A DNA stretch of 63,329 nt, counting the filler. It is 6 parts of 6 records of this genome, joined end to end, with 100 filler letters (N's around TTAATTAATTAA, not from the genome) between each part and the next. Parts side by side here need not be neighbours in the genome. Positions count along the whole stretch, not along the records: positions 1 to 15,339 come from SRR31156797_14478; positions 15,440 to 25,028 come from SRR31156797_14490; 4 more parts are not named here. The stretch is one strand, 5' to 3'. Below, piece after piece: positions 9,705 through 18,708 of this stretch (positions are counted from its first letter, which is position 1; each line of letters begins with the position of its first letter). The notes beneath the pieces were generated by a model. That model made no database searches, was not told the DNA's origin, and saw only the letters and a list, made by a program, of their open reading frames with translations. The translations under genes were made by a program, and so were the position numbers.

Positions 9705-10574
9705 TCAGCCCCGGTAGCGGCCTTCCTTCAGGCCTTTCACCCCCGGTTTCAGGGCGAACAGACCGCCCGATAGGGGTTTGTCTGCCAGTTCCTTATCGCC
9801 AAGCGTCAGCCTGGCCGTGGTGACGTAAAGGGTGTCCAGCTCCTTTCCTCCGAAGCAGAGGCAGGTGATATTCTTTACGGGCATCTCGCAGACCCGGTCT
9901 ACAGAGCCGTCGGGGGAGAAACGCACCACCCGGCTCCCCCCCCACTGGGCGTTCCAGAGGCAGCCCTCCGCGTCGACGACCGAACCGTCGGGAAGGCCGG
10001 GCTGATCGTCAAAGCCGGCGAAGAGCCTCTTTCCCGAGGGACGTCCCGTCTCCCTGTCGTAATCGAAGGCCCAGATCTCCTCCGCCACGGCGCAGGAGTA
10101 GTACATGGTCTTTCCGTCGGGGCTGAAACAGGTGCTGTTGGCGCTGTCGAGTCCGCCGAAAAGCTCCCGGGGCGCCCGGCCGTCTTCGATCCTGTAGGCC
10201 AGCCCCCGGCTCTTCTCCTCGGGATCGAACTCGCCCACGATAAACCGGCCGTCCCTGTCGCAGCGTCCGTCGTTCAACCGGATGCCCTCGTCGGCCCTGC
10301 GTATCCTGTGGATCCACTCGGGCTTCTCTCCGGCCCCGGCGCAGAGGGCGATCCCCTCGTCGAAGGCCATCAGAAGGCCTCCCTTCTCCCGGAAGGCGAA
10401 GGAGCAGAGCCTGTTCTCCTGGGGATATTTGTCCAGCTTGCCGCTTTCAGGTTCGTAACGGTAGAGCAGTTTGCCTTCGATATCCGTCCAGTAGAGGCAG
10501 GATTCCTCGTCATTCCAGAGTATCCCCTCTCCCAGGGCATTCTTACAGTCCAGTATCAGATCCGCCTTATCCAT
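9705..10574 (-). CDS. SMP-30/gluconolactonase/LRE family sugar lactonase
   Basis: LGEGILW, LYWTDI, RLNDGRCD, NSTCFSPDGKTMY, PDGSVVDAEGCLWNA, FGG..LDTLYVTTA. Confidence 0.92.
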   Translation of the reverse strand: MDKADLILDCKNALGEGILWNDEESCLYWTDIEGKLLYRYEPESGKLDKYPQENRLCSFAFREKGGLLMAFDEGIALCAGAGEKPEWIHRIRRADEGIRLNDGRCDRDGRFIVGEFDPEEKSRGLAYRIEDGRAPRELFGGLDSANSTCFSPDGKTMYYSCAVAEEIWAFDYDRETGRPSGKRLFAGFDDQPGLPDGSVVDAEGCLWNAQWGGSRVVRFSPDGSVDRVCEMPVKNITCLCFGGKELDTLYVTTARLTLGDKELADKPLSGGLFALKPGVKGLKEGRYRG

Positions 10575-10602
10575 AGTCGTCCTCTTTTCAATGCTTTTGT
10601 AT

Positions 10603-11583
10603 TCAGCCTTTCTTCGACTCGCTGAGGCTGTCGATGATGATGGCTCCGATCAGTGTAATACCGGTTATCAGATTCTGCCAGTACACATCCACGCCCAGAA
10701 GGTTTAAAGAGTTGGAGAGGATGCCCATGAACAGGGCTCCCAGGAAGGCTCCCAACACCGTCCCCTGGCCGCCGTTCAGGCTGGCTCCACCTATAATGGC
10801 CGCCGTGATCACCCTCATCTCGATGCCGTTCCCCACGGTCACCGAGGCGCTGCCCAGGCGGGAAGCCAGCATGATGCCGGTGCAGCCGGTCAGCAGGCTG
10901 ACGATCACATAACCGCTGATCTTGATGCCCGCCACGTTCATACCGTTCAGGAAGGCGGCGTTCTCGTTCCCGCCCACAAAGTAGAACTGCCGAAAAAAGC
11001 GGAAGTTCCGCAGGGCGAAATCGCCGAAAAGGACGAGCAGCAGCAGGAAGTAGACGGGGTACTGAATCCCCGCCAGTTTGCCCTGGCCTATCTGAAGAAA
11101 GGCCTCGGACAGGTTGATGACGGCCCGTCCCTCGGCCAGAACGAGGACCGCCCCCCTCAGGGTCATCATCATGCCCAGGGTTGTGATAAAGGGATTGAGC
11201 CTGAGCCGGGAAACCAGAAGGCCGTTTATCAGTCCGATCAGAAAACAGACCGCCAGGCCGATCAGAACGGACAGGAATACGGGAACGCCCTTGACCATGC
11301 ACAGTCCGGTGACCACGCCGCTCAGGGCCAAAGTGGAACCGATGGAAAGATCCAGTCCGCCGCAGACCAGCAGAACGGCCATACCCACGGCGATGGTCCC
11401 CTCTACGGTCAATCCCAGAAGGATGGCCTCGAAGTTTCTCCATGACATAAAATGCTCTGACGCGAAGGACATGGCCAGGGCCATCAGCAGTATGACGATG
11501 ATCAGGACTGACTCCTGGAATCCGCTTATGCGGTTGCCTATCCCCTTTCCCAGGCTTTTCAGATTGAGAGCCGCCGCTTTCAT
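10603..11583 (-). CDS. Sugar ABC transporter permease (RbsC family)
   Basis: GGLDLSIGS, PFITTLG, ITAAIIGGASLNGGQG. Confidence 0.92.
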   Translation of the reverse strand: MKAAALNLKSLGKGIGNRISGFQESVLIIVILLMALAMSFASEHFMSWRNFEAILLGLTVEGTIAVGMAVLLVCGGLDLSIGSTLALSGVVTGLCMVKGVPVFLSVLIGLAVCFLIGLINGLLVSRLRLNPFITTLGMMMTLRGAVLVLAEGRAVINLSEAFLQIGQGKLAGIQYPVYFLLLLVLFGDFALRNFRFFRQFYFVGGNENAAFLNGMNVAGIKISGYVIVSLLTGCTGIMLASRLGSASVTVGNGIEMRVITAAIIGGASLNGGQGTVLGAFLGALFMGILSNSLNLLGVDVYWQNLITGITLIGAIIIDSLSESKKG

Positions 11584-13091
11584 GATTTTTCCCCTTTGTT
11601 CAGGCCTGCCGCCAGGCTCAGTATCGTCTCTTCCGAGAATTCCTCCCGGTCCAGGAAGCCGCTGACCTCCCCCTCATGCATCACCATGATGCGGTCCGAA
11701 AGCCCCATCAGTTCACTCATATCCGAGGAGATAAGGATCACGCCGCCCCCCTCTTCCGCGAAGCCGCGGATATGGCGGTACATCTCCTCCCGGGCGCCCA
11801 CGTCGATCCCCCTGGTCGGTTCGTCCAGGATCAGGATCCGGGGGCCCGTCCCCGCCCACATGGAGTAGAGGCACTTCTGCTGGTTCCCCCCCGACAGGGT
11901 TCCGACCTTCTGCCGTCCCGAATAGGCGGCCACGTTGTAGCGCGTCATCATCTTCTCTACGAAGGCTCCCGCCGCCCGGCGGTCAACCACGCCCGACTTC
12001 CTGGACAGACTCTTCAGATTGGGAGCGATCATATTGTCTTTGACGGCGTCCTTCAGATAGAGTCCGAGGGACTTTCTGTCCTCCGTCAGGTAGGCGATGC
12101 CCCGGCGTATGGCTTCCACGGGCCTGCGGATACGGGCCTCTTCGCCCTCGATGAACATCGTGCCGCCGTCCGGCCTGTCCGCTCCGAACAGGGCGAAGGC
12201 CGTCTCGGTTCTCCCCGCCCCCACGAGACCGGAAAAGCCCAGGATCTCTCCCCTCTTTAGGGAGAAGCTGACATCCCGGAAGCGGCCCGAACGGCTGAGC
12301 TTCTCAACCCGGAGCAGCACGTCCTCCGACAGCGCTCCCTTCCTCTCACCATAGAGGTCCTTCACCTCCCGGCCTACCATGCGGGAGACCAGGAACTCTT
12401 CGTCCGCATCGGCGATATCCGTATCGGCGATATGCATGCCGTCCCGCATGATGGTCGCGCGGTCGGCGATCTCGAAGACCTCCGAGAGCTTATGGGTGAT
12501 GTAGATAAAGGAGACATCATCCTTCTTCAGCTCCCGGATCAGATTGAACAGATCCTCCGCCTCGCCGTCGGTGAGCGAGGAGCTCGGCTCGTCCAGGATC
12601 AGGACCCTGGGGGACGCGGATATGGCCTTCAGGATCTCAACCATCTGCTTCTGTCCCATGGACAATCGCTTGACCAGGGTATCCGGATCGATATCCAGAT
12701 CGAACTTTTTCAGCAGCTCGCCCGCCCTGAGTTTCAGAGCCCTCCAGTCCACCCTCCCCAGGGAAGCCGAGGGGGTGTTGTTCATAAAGATGTTCTCCGC
12801 CACCGAAAGGCTTCCGATAAGGGAGAGCTCCTGATGGACGACCCCCACCCCCAGGCGCTGTGCGTCGTGGGCTCCGGAGAAGAAGACCGAATCGCCGTCA
12901 AGGACGATCTCTCCCTCGTCGGCCCGCAGTACGCCGCAGATGATCTTCATCAGGGTGGATTTCCCGGCGCCGTTCTCACCCAGCAGAGCCAGGACCTCTC
13001 CCCTTCGGATATCCAGGCTCATATCGCTGACGGCCCTGACTCCGGGAAAGGATTTTGAAATATTCTTCAGACTCAGAACCACGGCCATCAT
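11580..13091 (-). CDS. Sugar ABC transporter ATP-binding protein (RbsA-like)
   Basis: GENGAGKST, LDEPSSSL, LSGGNQQK, LDEPTRGIDVGA. Confidence 0.95.
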   Translation of the reverse strand: MMAVVLSLKNISKSFPGVRAVSDMSLDIRRGEVLALLGENGAGKSTLMKIICGVLRADEGEIVLDGDSVFFSGAHDAQRLGVGVVHQELSLIGSLSVAENIFMNNTPSASLGRVDWRALKLRAGELLKKFDLDIDPDTLVKRLSMGQKQMVEILKAISASPRVLILDEPSSSLTDGEAEDLFNLIRELKKDDVSFIYITHKLSEVFEIADRATIMRDGMHIADTDIADADEEFLVSRMVGREVKDLYGERKGALSEDVLLRVEKLSRSGRFRDVSFSLKRGEILGFSGLVGAGRTETAFALFGADRPDGGTMFIEGEEARIRRPVEAIRRGIAYLTEDRKSLGLYLKDAVKDNMIAPNLKSLSRKSGVVDRRAAGAFVEKMMTRYNVAAYSGRQKVGTLSGGNQQKCLYSMWAGTGPRILILDEPTRGIDVGAREEMYRHIRGFAEEGGGVILISSDMSELMGLSDRIMVMHEGEVSGFLDREEFSEETILSLAAGLNKGEKS

Positions 13092-13110
13092 AGGACTCCT
13101 GTACTCGATC

Positions 13111-14154
13111 TCAGTTGGCGTAAGCCTCGTTGGCCTTCAGGAAGAAGCTCAGGTTGCTCTTGTCGATGTAGTTGGACGGGATATAGATCACATCGGGAGT
13201 CACCTTGGCCTTCGCCGCCGCGTTATCGGATGTCAGCATGGGTTTGTAGACATGCTCTGAGATCAGGGAGACCATGGCCCAGTAGGGGATCATGACATCG
13301 CCCTGTGCCACGGAGGCGGTGATAACGCCCTCTTCGATCTTCTTCAGAAGGTCGGTGTTCCGGTCCATGCCCACGATCTTGACCTGTCCCACCTTGTCCA
13401 TCTCCTCGACGGCGGTGGCGGCGCCCATGGCGGCGGTGGAATCGGTTCCCACAAAGCCGTCCAGATCGGGGAAGCGGATCATAATGTCCTTGGCGGTCTG
13501 CATGGCGGTAACCACGTCTGCCTTGGTGTCTCCCACGGCCACGACCTCGATGCCGGGGAACTCGGCGAAGGCGTCGCGGAAGCCCTGCTCCCGCTCGTCA
13601 AACATGGTCACCCCGGGAATGGTGAGGATCCCCACCTTGGCCCTGCCGCTTACGGACTCGGCAAATCCCTTTCCGCCCACGTATCCCAGGTCGTACTGAT
13701 AGGAACCTATATAGCTGCTTCTCTTTGAATCGGGAAGGTCTCCCACGATGGTGACGACGGGGATGCCCAGCTCTTCGGCTTTGTTGATGGAGGGGATCAG
13801 ACTGGGATCCATGCCCCAGAGCACGATGCCCTTGGGATCCTTGGCCACGGCCATGTCAAAGGCGGCTACCATGCCGGGTATGTCGAAATCGGCGGGGCCC
13901 ATATAGGAGGTCTTCACTCCGAACATCTCTCCGGCCTGCTCCCAGCCGTACTTATGGGCGCTGAAAAACTCGATATTGCGAAGGCAGTTGATAAAGATGA
14001 ATTCGTCATCTCCCGAAAGGGCTCCGAAGGGTCCCTCCGCTCCGGAAGCGGATCCGGCGCTCTGCACCGCAACAGCCTCCGTCTTCTCAGCGCAGGCGCT
14101 CAGGGCGAACAGGGCAATCGCAACCAATACCAGGGTTCCAAACCTTTTCATCAT
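13111..14154 (-). CDS. Sugar ABC transporter substrate-binding lipoprotein
   Basis: Lipobox LSAC; Peripla_BP type I pattern (IPVVTI, REQGF, IVGMD). Confidence 0.88.
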   Translation of the reverse strand: MMKRFGTLVLVAIALFALSACAEKTEAVAVQSAGSASGAEGPFGALSGDDEFIFINCLRNIEFFSAHKYGWEQAGEMFGVKTSYMGPADFDIPGMVAAFDMAVAKDPKGIVLWGMDPSLIPSINKAEELGIPVVTIVGDLPDSKRSSYIGSYQYDLGYVGGKGFAESVSGRAKVGILTIPGVTMFDEREQGFRDAFAEFPGIEVVAVGDTKADVVTAMQTAKDIMIRFPDLDGFVGTDSTAAMGAATAVEEMDKVGQVKIVGMDRNTDLLKKIEEGVITASVAQGDVMIPYWAMVSLISEHVYKPMLTSDNAAAKAKVTPDVIYIPSNYIDKSNLSFFLKANEAYAN

Positions 14155-14388
14155 ACATTTCTCCTTTTGTCCTAGCGAAGCTCACCGGGAGCTTCATTGA
14201 TTTATCCCCCGGCCTTTCGGACGCACCCCGCCCCTCACTCCTTCCGGCAGGATTGTCACGAAAATCGAGACCGGTAAAATACGAATGGAAAACCGCTGCC
14301 CTTCAGGGCGGATCAGGTCCCTCAGGGCATATCCACAGAATCCGCTGCGTCTGCCCCGCGGAAGGACCGCAGCGCTCGCGACGGGGAA

Positions 14389-14889
14389 CTACTCCTGATA
14401 GGCTCCGGAAGAGTAGTTCAGCTCATAGGAGTGGCTGTAGAGTTCGAAAACGATTCCGAAGGGGTCCTCTACATAGACCATTCTATAGGGCTTCTCGCCG
14501 GGGTAGTACTCACGGATGGGCATTCTCTGCTTCCCTCCCAGCTCCTTGATCCGCTCAAGACATCCTTCGATGTCGGGATCCTGGATGGCGAAATGGAAAA
14601 CGCCGTGTTTCTGGAAGTCCAGATTGTTCCCGGGCTTCTCATTCCCCTTGAACTCGAAGATCTCGATACCGATCTTGTCGGAGGTGGCCAGATGGGCGAT
14701 TCTGAACTTCTCATAGCCCTCGCCGAAAACGTCCTGGCACATGATGCCGATGGCCGTATCCGTTTCCTCAGTCACATCGCTGGGGGGCATGATCACATAC
14801 CAGCCGAAGGCCTTTGTATAGAATTCGACGGCCCTGTCCAGATCGGGAACGGAAAGACCTACATGGGAAAATGCTCTGGGGTACTGCAT
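14389..14889 (-). CDS. VOC / lactoylglutathione lyase family protein
   Basis: SHVGLSVPDLDRAVEFY, EIFEF, FHFAIQ, YVEDPFGIVFELY; ATG at 14889 with AGGAG RBS. Confidence 0.88.
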   Translation of the reverse strand: MQYPRAFSHVGLSVPDLDRAVEFYTKAFGWYVIMPPSDVTEETDTAIGIMCQDVFGEGYEKFRIAHLATSDKIGIEIFEFKGNEKPGNNLDFQKHGVFHFAIQDPDIEGCLERIKELGGKQRMPIREYYPGEKPYRMVYVEDPFGIVFELYSHSYELNYSSGAYQE

Positions 14890-14927
14890 GTATAACTCCT
14901 CTCTCAATAACTTGTTAAATCTCATTC

Positions 14928-15080
14928 AAGTTGTAATACATATCTAAAAGCGTCTACCGCTCTTTTTACCCTTTATCAAGCGAAGGGCAATTAGAAGCAT
15001 ATGTTGTATTACAACAATGTGGATAAATACAAATTAAACCCCATTTTTCCCTTTGTCAAGAAAAAGTTGTATTACATCTT
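14928..15080 (-). promoter_or_regulatory. Sigma70 promoter bracketed by three GntR/FadR-type palindromic operators
   Basis: Minus-strand TTGACA (15059-15054), 17 bp, TAATTT (15036-15031); operators GTTGTAATACAT (14930), perfect TGTTGTA-T-TACAACA (15002-15016), AAGTTGTATTACATCTT (15064-15080). Confidence 0.65.
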
Positions 15081-15339
15081 AAATTTATCGAAATACCGAT
15101 AAATGACCGGGGCCTATGGAGAGAGAAGAGAGAATCCATCCGGGATGGGTGAGGAGAAAGAGGATGGATTTAGCATAGCTATTTATTTCTGATATAATTA
15201 TTTACTATTTGAAAAGAGAGATTTGTACTGCTCGATGGCATTCTGGATATGACGTTTCATCAGAAGGGAGGCCATCTCCTTATCCTTATCCTCGATGGCT
15301 TCGATCAGCTTTTTATGAAAGGAAAGACCGATGGACGGA

Positions 15340-15439
15340 NNNNNNNNNNNNNNNNNNNNNNNNNNNNNNNNNNNNNNNNNNNNTTAATTAATTAANNNNN
15401 NNNNNNNNNNNNNNNNNNNNNNNNNNNNNNNNNNNNNNN
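15340..15439. other. Artificial contig spacer
   Basis: N44-TTAATTAATTAA-N44, stops in all six frames. Confidence 0.98.
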
Positions 15440-15577
15440 GTAAAGTTTCCGAAAGTCTTCGCCCCGACATTTCGAGGCTCATCCCGAAAACTTTTTAACC
15501 CTTTCTCGTCGGATTTTCTTAACGCGTCGTCGCGAGGCGCCCCTTTCAGAGAACAGCAAATATTATGATAGGTGAAT

Positions 15578-15637
15578 AATACTCTATTACTCTAATACGC
15601 TATTACGCCACTCCGAACCCCGATCTCCGAACTCCCT
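15578..15637. repeat. Short degenerate tandem repeats (four 8-mers then four 7-mers)
   Basis: aatactct attactct aatacgct attacgcc / actccga accccga tctccga actccct. Confidence 0.55.
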
Positions 15638-15720
15638 TACCTCTAAGGCACAGCCGCGAACACCATCGCCCATTTCCCGGTACAACAATCACATCACTTT
15701 GTGCATTATTTCGAATGATA

Positions 15721-16677
15721 TTAATCATTCCATTTAAGTTTTGAAATATAAAGACCTTTTCTTCCCCATCCGGCCCGGCTAAGATACCAGTCATCGTTTA
15801 TGTTGATCACCTCGGCGCAATGAGCTGGGAAATCTGCAATTTTATTTTTAATGTCCCAATGATAAGGTGAATTGCTTTCATATACAGCTGTATTGTCATA
15901 GGGCGCGTTTGTGCATACAAATAAGTAATATTTGTTATGTCGTTGGACAACAAACGGGGATTCGGTCGGCCCGCCATAGGTGCCGATCTTGGGATCCGTA
16001 AATACGACTTGTTTATTTGACCAGTTTATCAGATCCTGACTTTCAACAGCCATAACAACATGATTTCCCTTGTCGGCAGGTCTATTGGCCGTACAGTACA
16101 TGATCCACTTGTCTTTAAGTTGCAATATATACGGATCACGTGCATCATATCCATCTATTACCATAGGATTTGAAGAATGTCTGGTCCACTTTTTCATGTT
16201 CCTGGAAGTAGCCAGGTGAATTTTATAGCTTGTATGCGTCTCTCCCCCCGCGCAATAAAACATGTAAAATTTTCTTTTATGCTTAATGACATGCGGAGCC
16301 CAAAGATGGTATTCATTCCAGGGTTCGTTTCTGTCAACAGTTAAAGCAAAAGGTTCTTTAGACCAAGGTTGTTGTAACAGAGAATCAGCACTGGCATGTG
16401 CAAAATTGATCTCATTCAGAGGATTGGCAGGTTCTTCATGAGTGATGCCAAACATGTGCCACTTTCCTTTTTTATCTTGAATAAAACAGTGGTCATTAAT
16501 ATACCATTTTTTTTCTTCACCAATGCTTTGATCAAATATCTTAACAAACTCTCCGCATTCGATCTTATTTTTAATAAGGACGGTATTGGAATTTGTCATA
16601 ATATTTTCACTATTAGCTTCTTGGGAAAAGGCTAAAGTAGATATTATGCAAAGGAATACAATTGATAAAAATTTCAT
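15721..16677 (-). CDS. Secreted five-bladed beta-propeller glycoside hydrolase (GH32/GH43-like)
   Basis: Signal peptide; WYINDH, WAPHV, ARDP, TESP catalytic-type motifs. Confidence 0.8.
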   Translation of the reverse strand: MKFLSIVFLCIISTLAFSQEANSENIMTNSNTVLIKNKIECGEFVKIFDQSIGEEKKWYINDHCFIQDKKGKWHMFGITHEEPANPLNEINFAHASADSLLQQPWSKEPFALTVDRNEPWNEYHLWAPHVIKHKRKFYMFYCAGGETHTSYKIHLATSRNMKKWTRHSSNPMVIDGYDARDPYILQLKDKWIMYCTANRPADKGNHVVMAVESQDLINWSNKQVVFTDPKIGTYGGPTESPFVVQRHNKYYLFVCTNAPYDNTAVYESNSPYHWDIKNKIADFPAHCAEVININDDWYLSRAGWGRKGLYISKLKWND

Positions 16678-16710
16678 TTGATTTACTCCTTGATCATTAT
16701 TTTGTTCAAC

Positions 16711-18531
16711 TTAAGTTGATAAAACCAATCCCCATTTCCCCTCGACCTTGACCTTGTCCTCAAATCTTTTCTCCGAGATGAGATCTTTATATCTCTTTTT
16801 CCCAAGAATTGACGCATCAAATTCATAGGCATCACTGCCATTATTGATCACAACAAACACCTTCTCTCTTTTGTACTTGCGCTCAAAGATGAGGATGCCT
16901 TTTTCGTCGTCCGTGAAAATGGTTCTATAAATGCCAAGTTGCAATGCTTTGTGCTCATTGCGGATGGCGATCATTTTTTTGTAGTGGGCGAGGAGCTCTT
17001 GATTGACTTCCACTTTGTCAGGCGCATGCGTGCTGCCGTCGGCATGGTAAATTTCATCCTCATATTCGATATCATCCCAGATCATGGGTTTGCGGCAGTC
17101 GGGATCGTTGCCGCCCCACATGCCGACCTCGTCCCCGTAGTAGATCATGGGCGCGCCGGAGTAAGTCATTTGCATGATGACGAAAAGTTTTTGCAATTCA
17201 ATATCATCGGACTGCGGTTTTCTGCTCGAGTAATCGGGATTATCGATGGGTTTTGATGCCCCGAAATAGTGACCCCAGTCACGAAAATTACCAATATCGT
17301 TCTTGCGGTTCACAATATGCGAGCCGATGCGGTTGGCGTCGTGGGAACCGAAAAGATTCATCGAGACCTCCGCCACGCCCGCGGGATATAAATTTCGCAG
17401 TTCTTCCAGTTTTTTATCGTACTCGCTGGCTGTGATGCGGGACTCGCCTTCGTTAAAAAAGAACTCGGCCGAGGCAAAAGCGAAGTTGTAGTTCATTTCA
17501 CCGTCGAATTCATCGCCCTGCATGTAAAGTTTCACCTTTTCGGGCGGCTCCACGATCTCGGCGGTCAGATAAGCCTCGGGATTGATGGATCGCACATGCT
17601 TGCGCCAGTCCTTCCAGAAGGGATGCCCAATACAGAATGCCACATCCAGTCGCCAGCCGTCAATGCCATGCTCCGTTCCGGCGGCATTGGGGTTCATCCA
17701 GCGCTGGGTGGTGGCAAAAATATACTCTTTTGGGCCCTTTACAATGCCCTTTTCATCTTCTTTGAATTCCGGCAGGGTCATATGGCCGAACCAGCCTTGG
17801 TAGTCGAAACGTGTGCCTTTTTCTTCATCATCCCAGGAATGAATAATGAACCAGTCCGCGTAGGGGGAATCCTCTTGCTTCTCGATCACATCCTGAAAAG
17901 CGAAACTATTGTAGCCCAGATGATTGAAGACCCCGTCAAAAATAATACGCATATCGCGTTGGTGGACCTCGTCAATCAATTTGAGCGCCAGTTTATCGGC
18001 AGCGGTCCAGACCCATGTATCGGGATCCAGCGGATCCTCTGTCTTGATCAGTTCGCGATCGCCCTCGGGATCGGGACCGAAGGTCGGATCGATATGATGG
18101 TAGCTTTCACCATCGTACTTATGCAGGGAAGGGGAGACAAAGACCGGATTCATATAAATGGCCGTAATGCCCAGCTCCTGCAGATAGTCCAGCTTATCGA
18201 TAACCCCCTGCAGATCCCCGCCGTAACGCCGGCGCAAAAGATGCTTCCACATCTCCGGCTCGCCGTTGGCCTTTTCATAGTCCTGCAACTCGTACCAATC
18301 GCTGCCCCAGGGATGCACTCGCCATTCTTTCGGCGGATCTTGCGGATCAGCGCCGGCGATGTCTGCCACCGTGGGATCGTTACTGGGATCACCGTTGCTG
18401 AACCTTTCTGGGAATATCTGATACCATATAACTTCTTTCGACCATGATGGCACAAATTCCTTATTCTCTATATTACAGCCAAAATTAAGTATTGAGATTA
18501 AGATTAAGACAAGTAAGAATATTTTTTTCAT
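16711..18531 (-). CDS. GH13 alpha-amylase family (neopullulanase/cyclomaltodextrinase-like) lipoprotein
   Basis: YQIFPERF, GGDLQGV, DGVFNH, GWRLDVA, AEI, SHD, GAPMIYYGDE; lipobox LNFGC. Confidence 0.92.
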   Translation of the reverse strand: MKKIFLLVLILISILNFGCNIENKEFVPSWSKEVIWYQIFPERFSNGDPSNDPTVADIAGADPQDPPKEWRVHPWGSDWYELQDYEKANGEPEMWKHLLRRRYGGDLQGVIDKLDYLQELGITAIYMNPVFVSPSLHKYDGESYHHIDPTFGPDPEGDRELIKTEDPLDPDTWVWTAADKLALKLIDEVHQRDMRIIFDGVFNHLGYNSFAFQDVIEKQEDSPYADWFIIHSWDDEEKGTRFDYQGWFGHMTLPEFKEDEKGIVKGPKEYIFATTQRWMNPNAAGTEHGIDGWRLDVAFCIGHPFWKDWRKHVRSINPEAYLTAEIVEPPEKVKLYMQGDEFDGEMNYNFAFASAEFFFNEGESRITASEYDKKLEELRNLYPAGVAEVSMNLFGSHDANRIGSHIVNRKNDIGNFRDWGHYFGASKPIDNPDYSSRKPQSDDIELQKLFVIMQMTYSGAPMIYYGDEVGMWGGNDPDCRKPMIWDDIEYEDEIYHADGSTHAPDKVEVNQELLAHYKKMIAIRNEHKALQLGIYRTIFTDDEKGILIFERKYKREKVFVVINNGSDAYEFDASILGKKRYKDLISEKRFEDKVKVEGKWGLVLST

Positions 18532-18708
18532 GTTTTTGCCTTATGCAAATATCAAGTTAACAATTCTACACAAAGTGAATAATTTACCAAGATTAATAGG
18601 TGCAAGAAATGATAAATATTGAGAGAATTAACATGATATATTTAATTGTTATTTATGGTGGTTGTGTTGAAAACAATTATTTAAATTAGCTAAAATACAA
18701 ATTATATC

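Noticed and set aside
15384-15395. TTAATTAATTAA palindrome recurring five times
   Set aside because: Always centred in N runs; an artificial six-frame-stop linker. ORFs crossing it (15209-15391, end of 52539-52880) are artefacts
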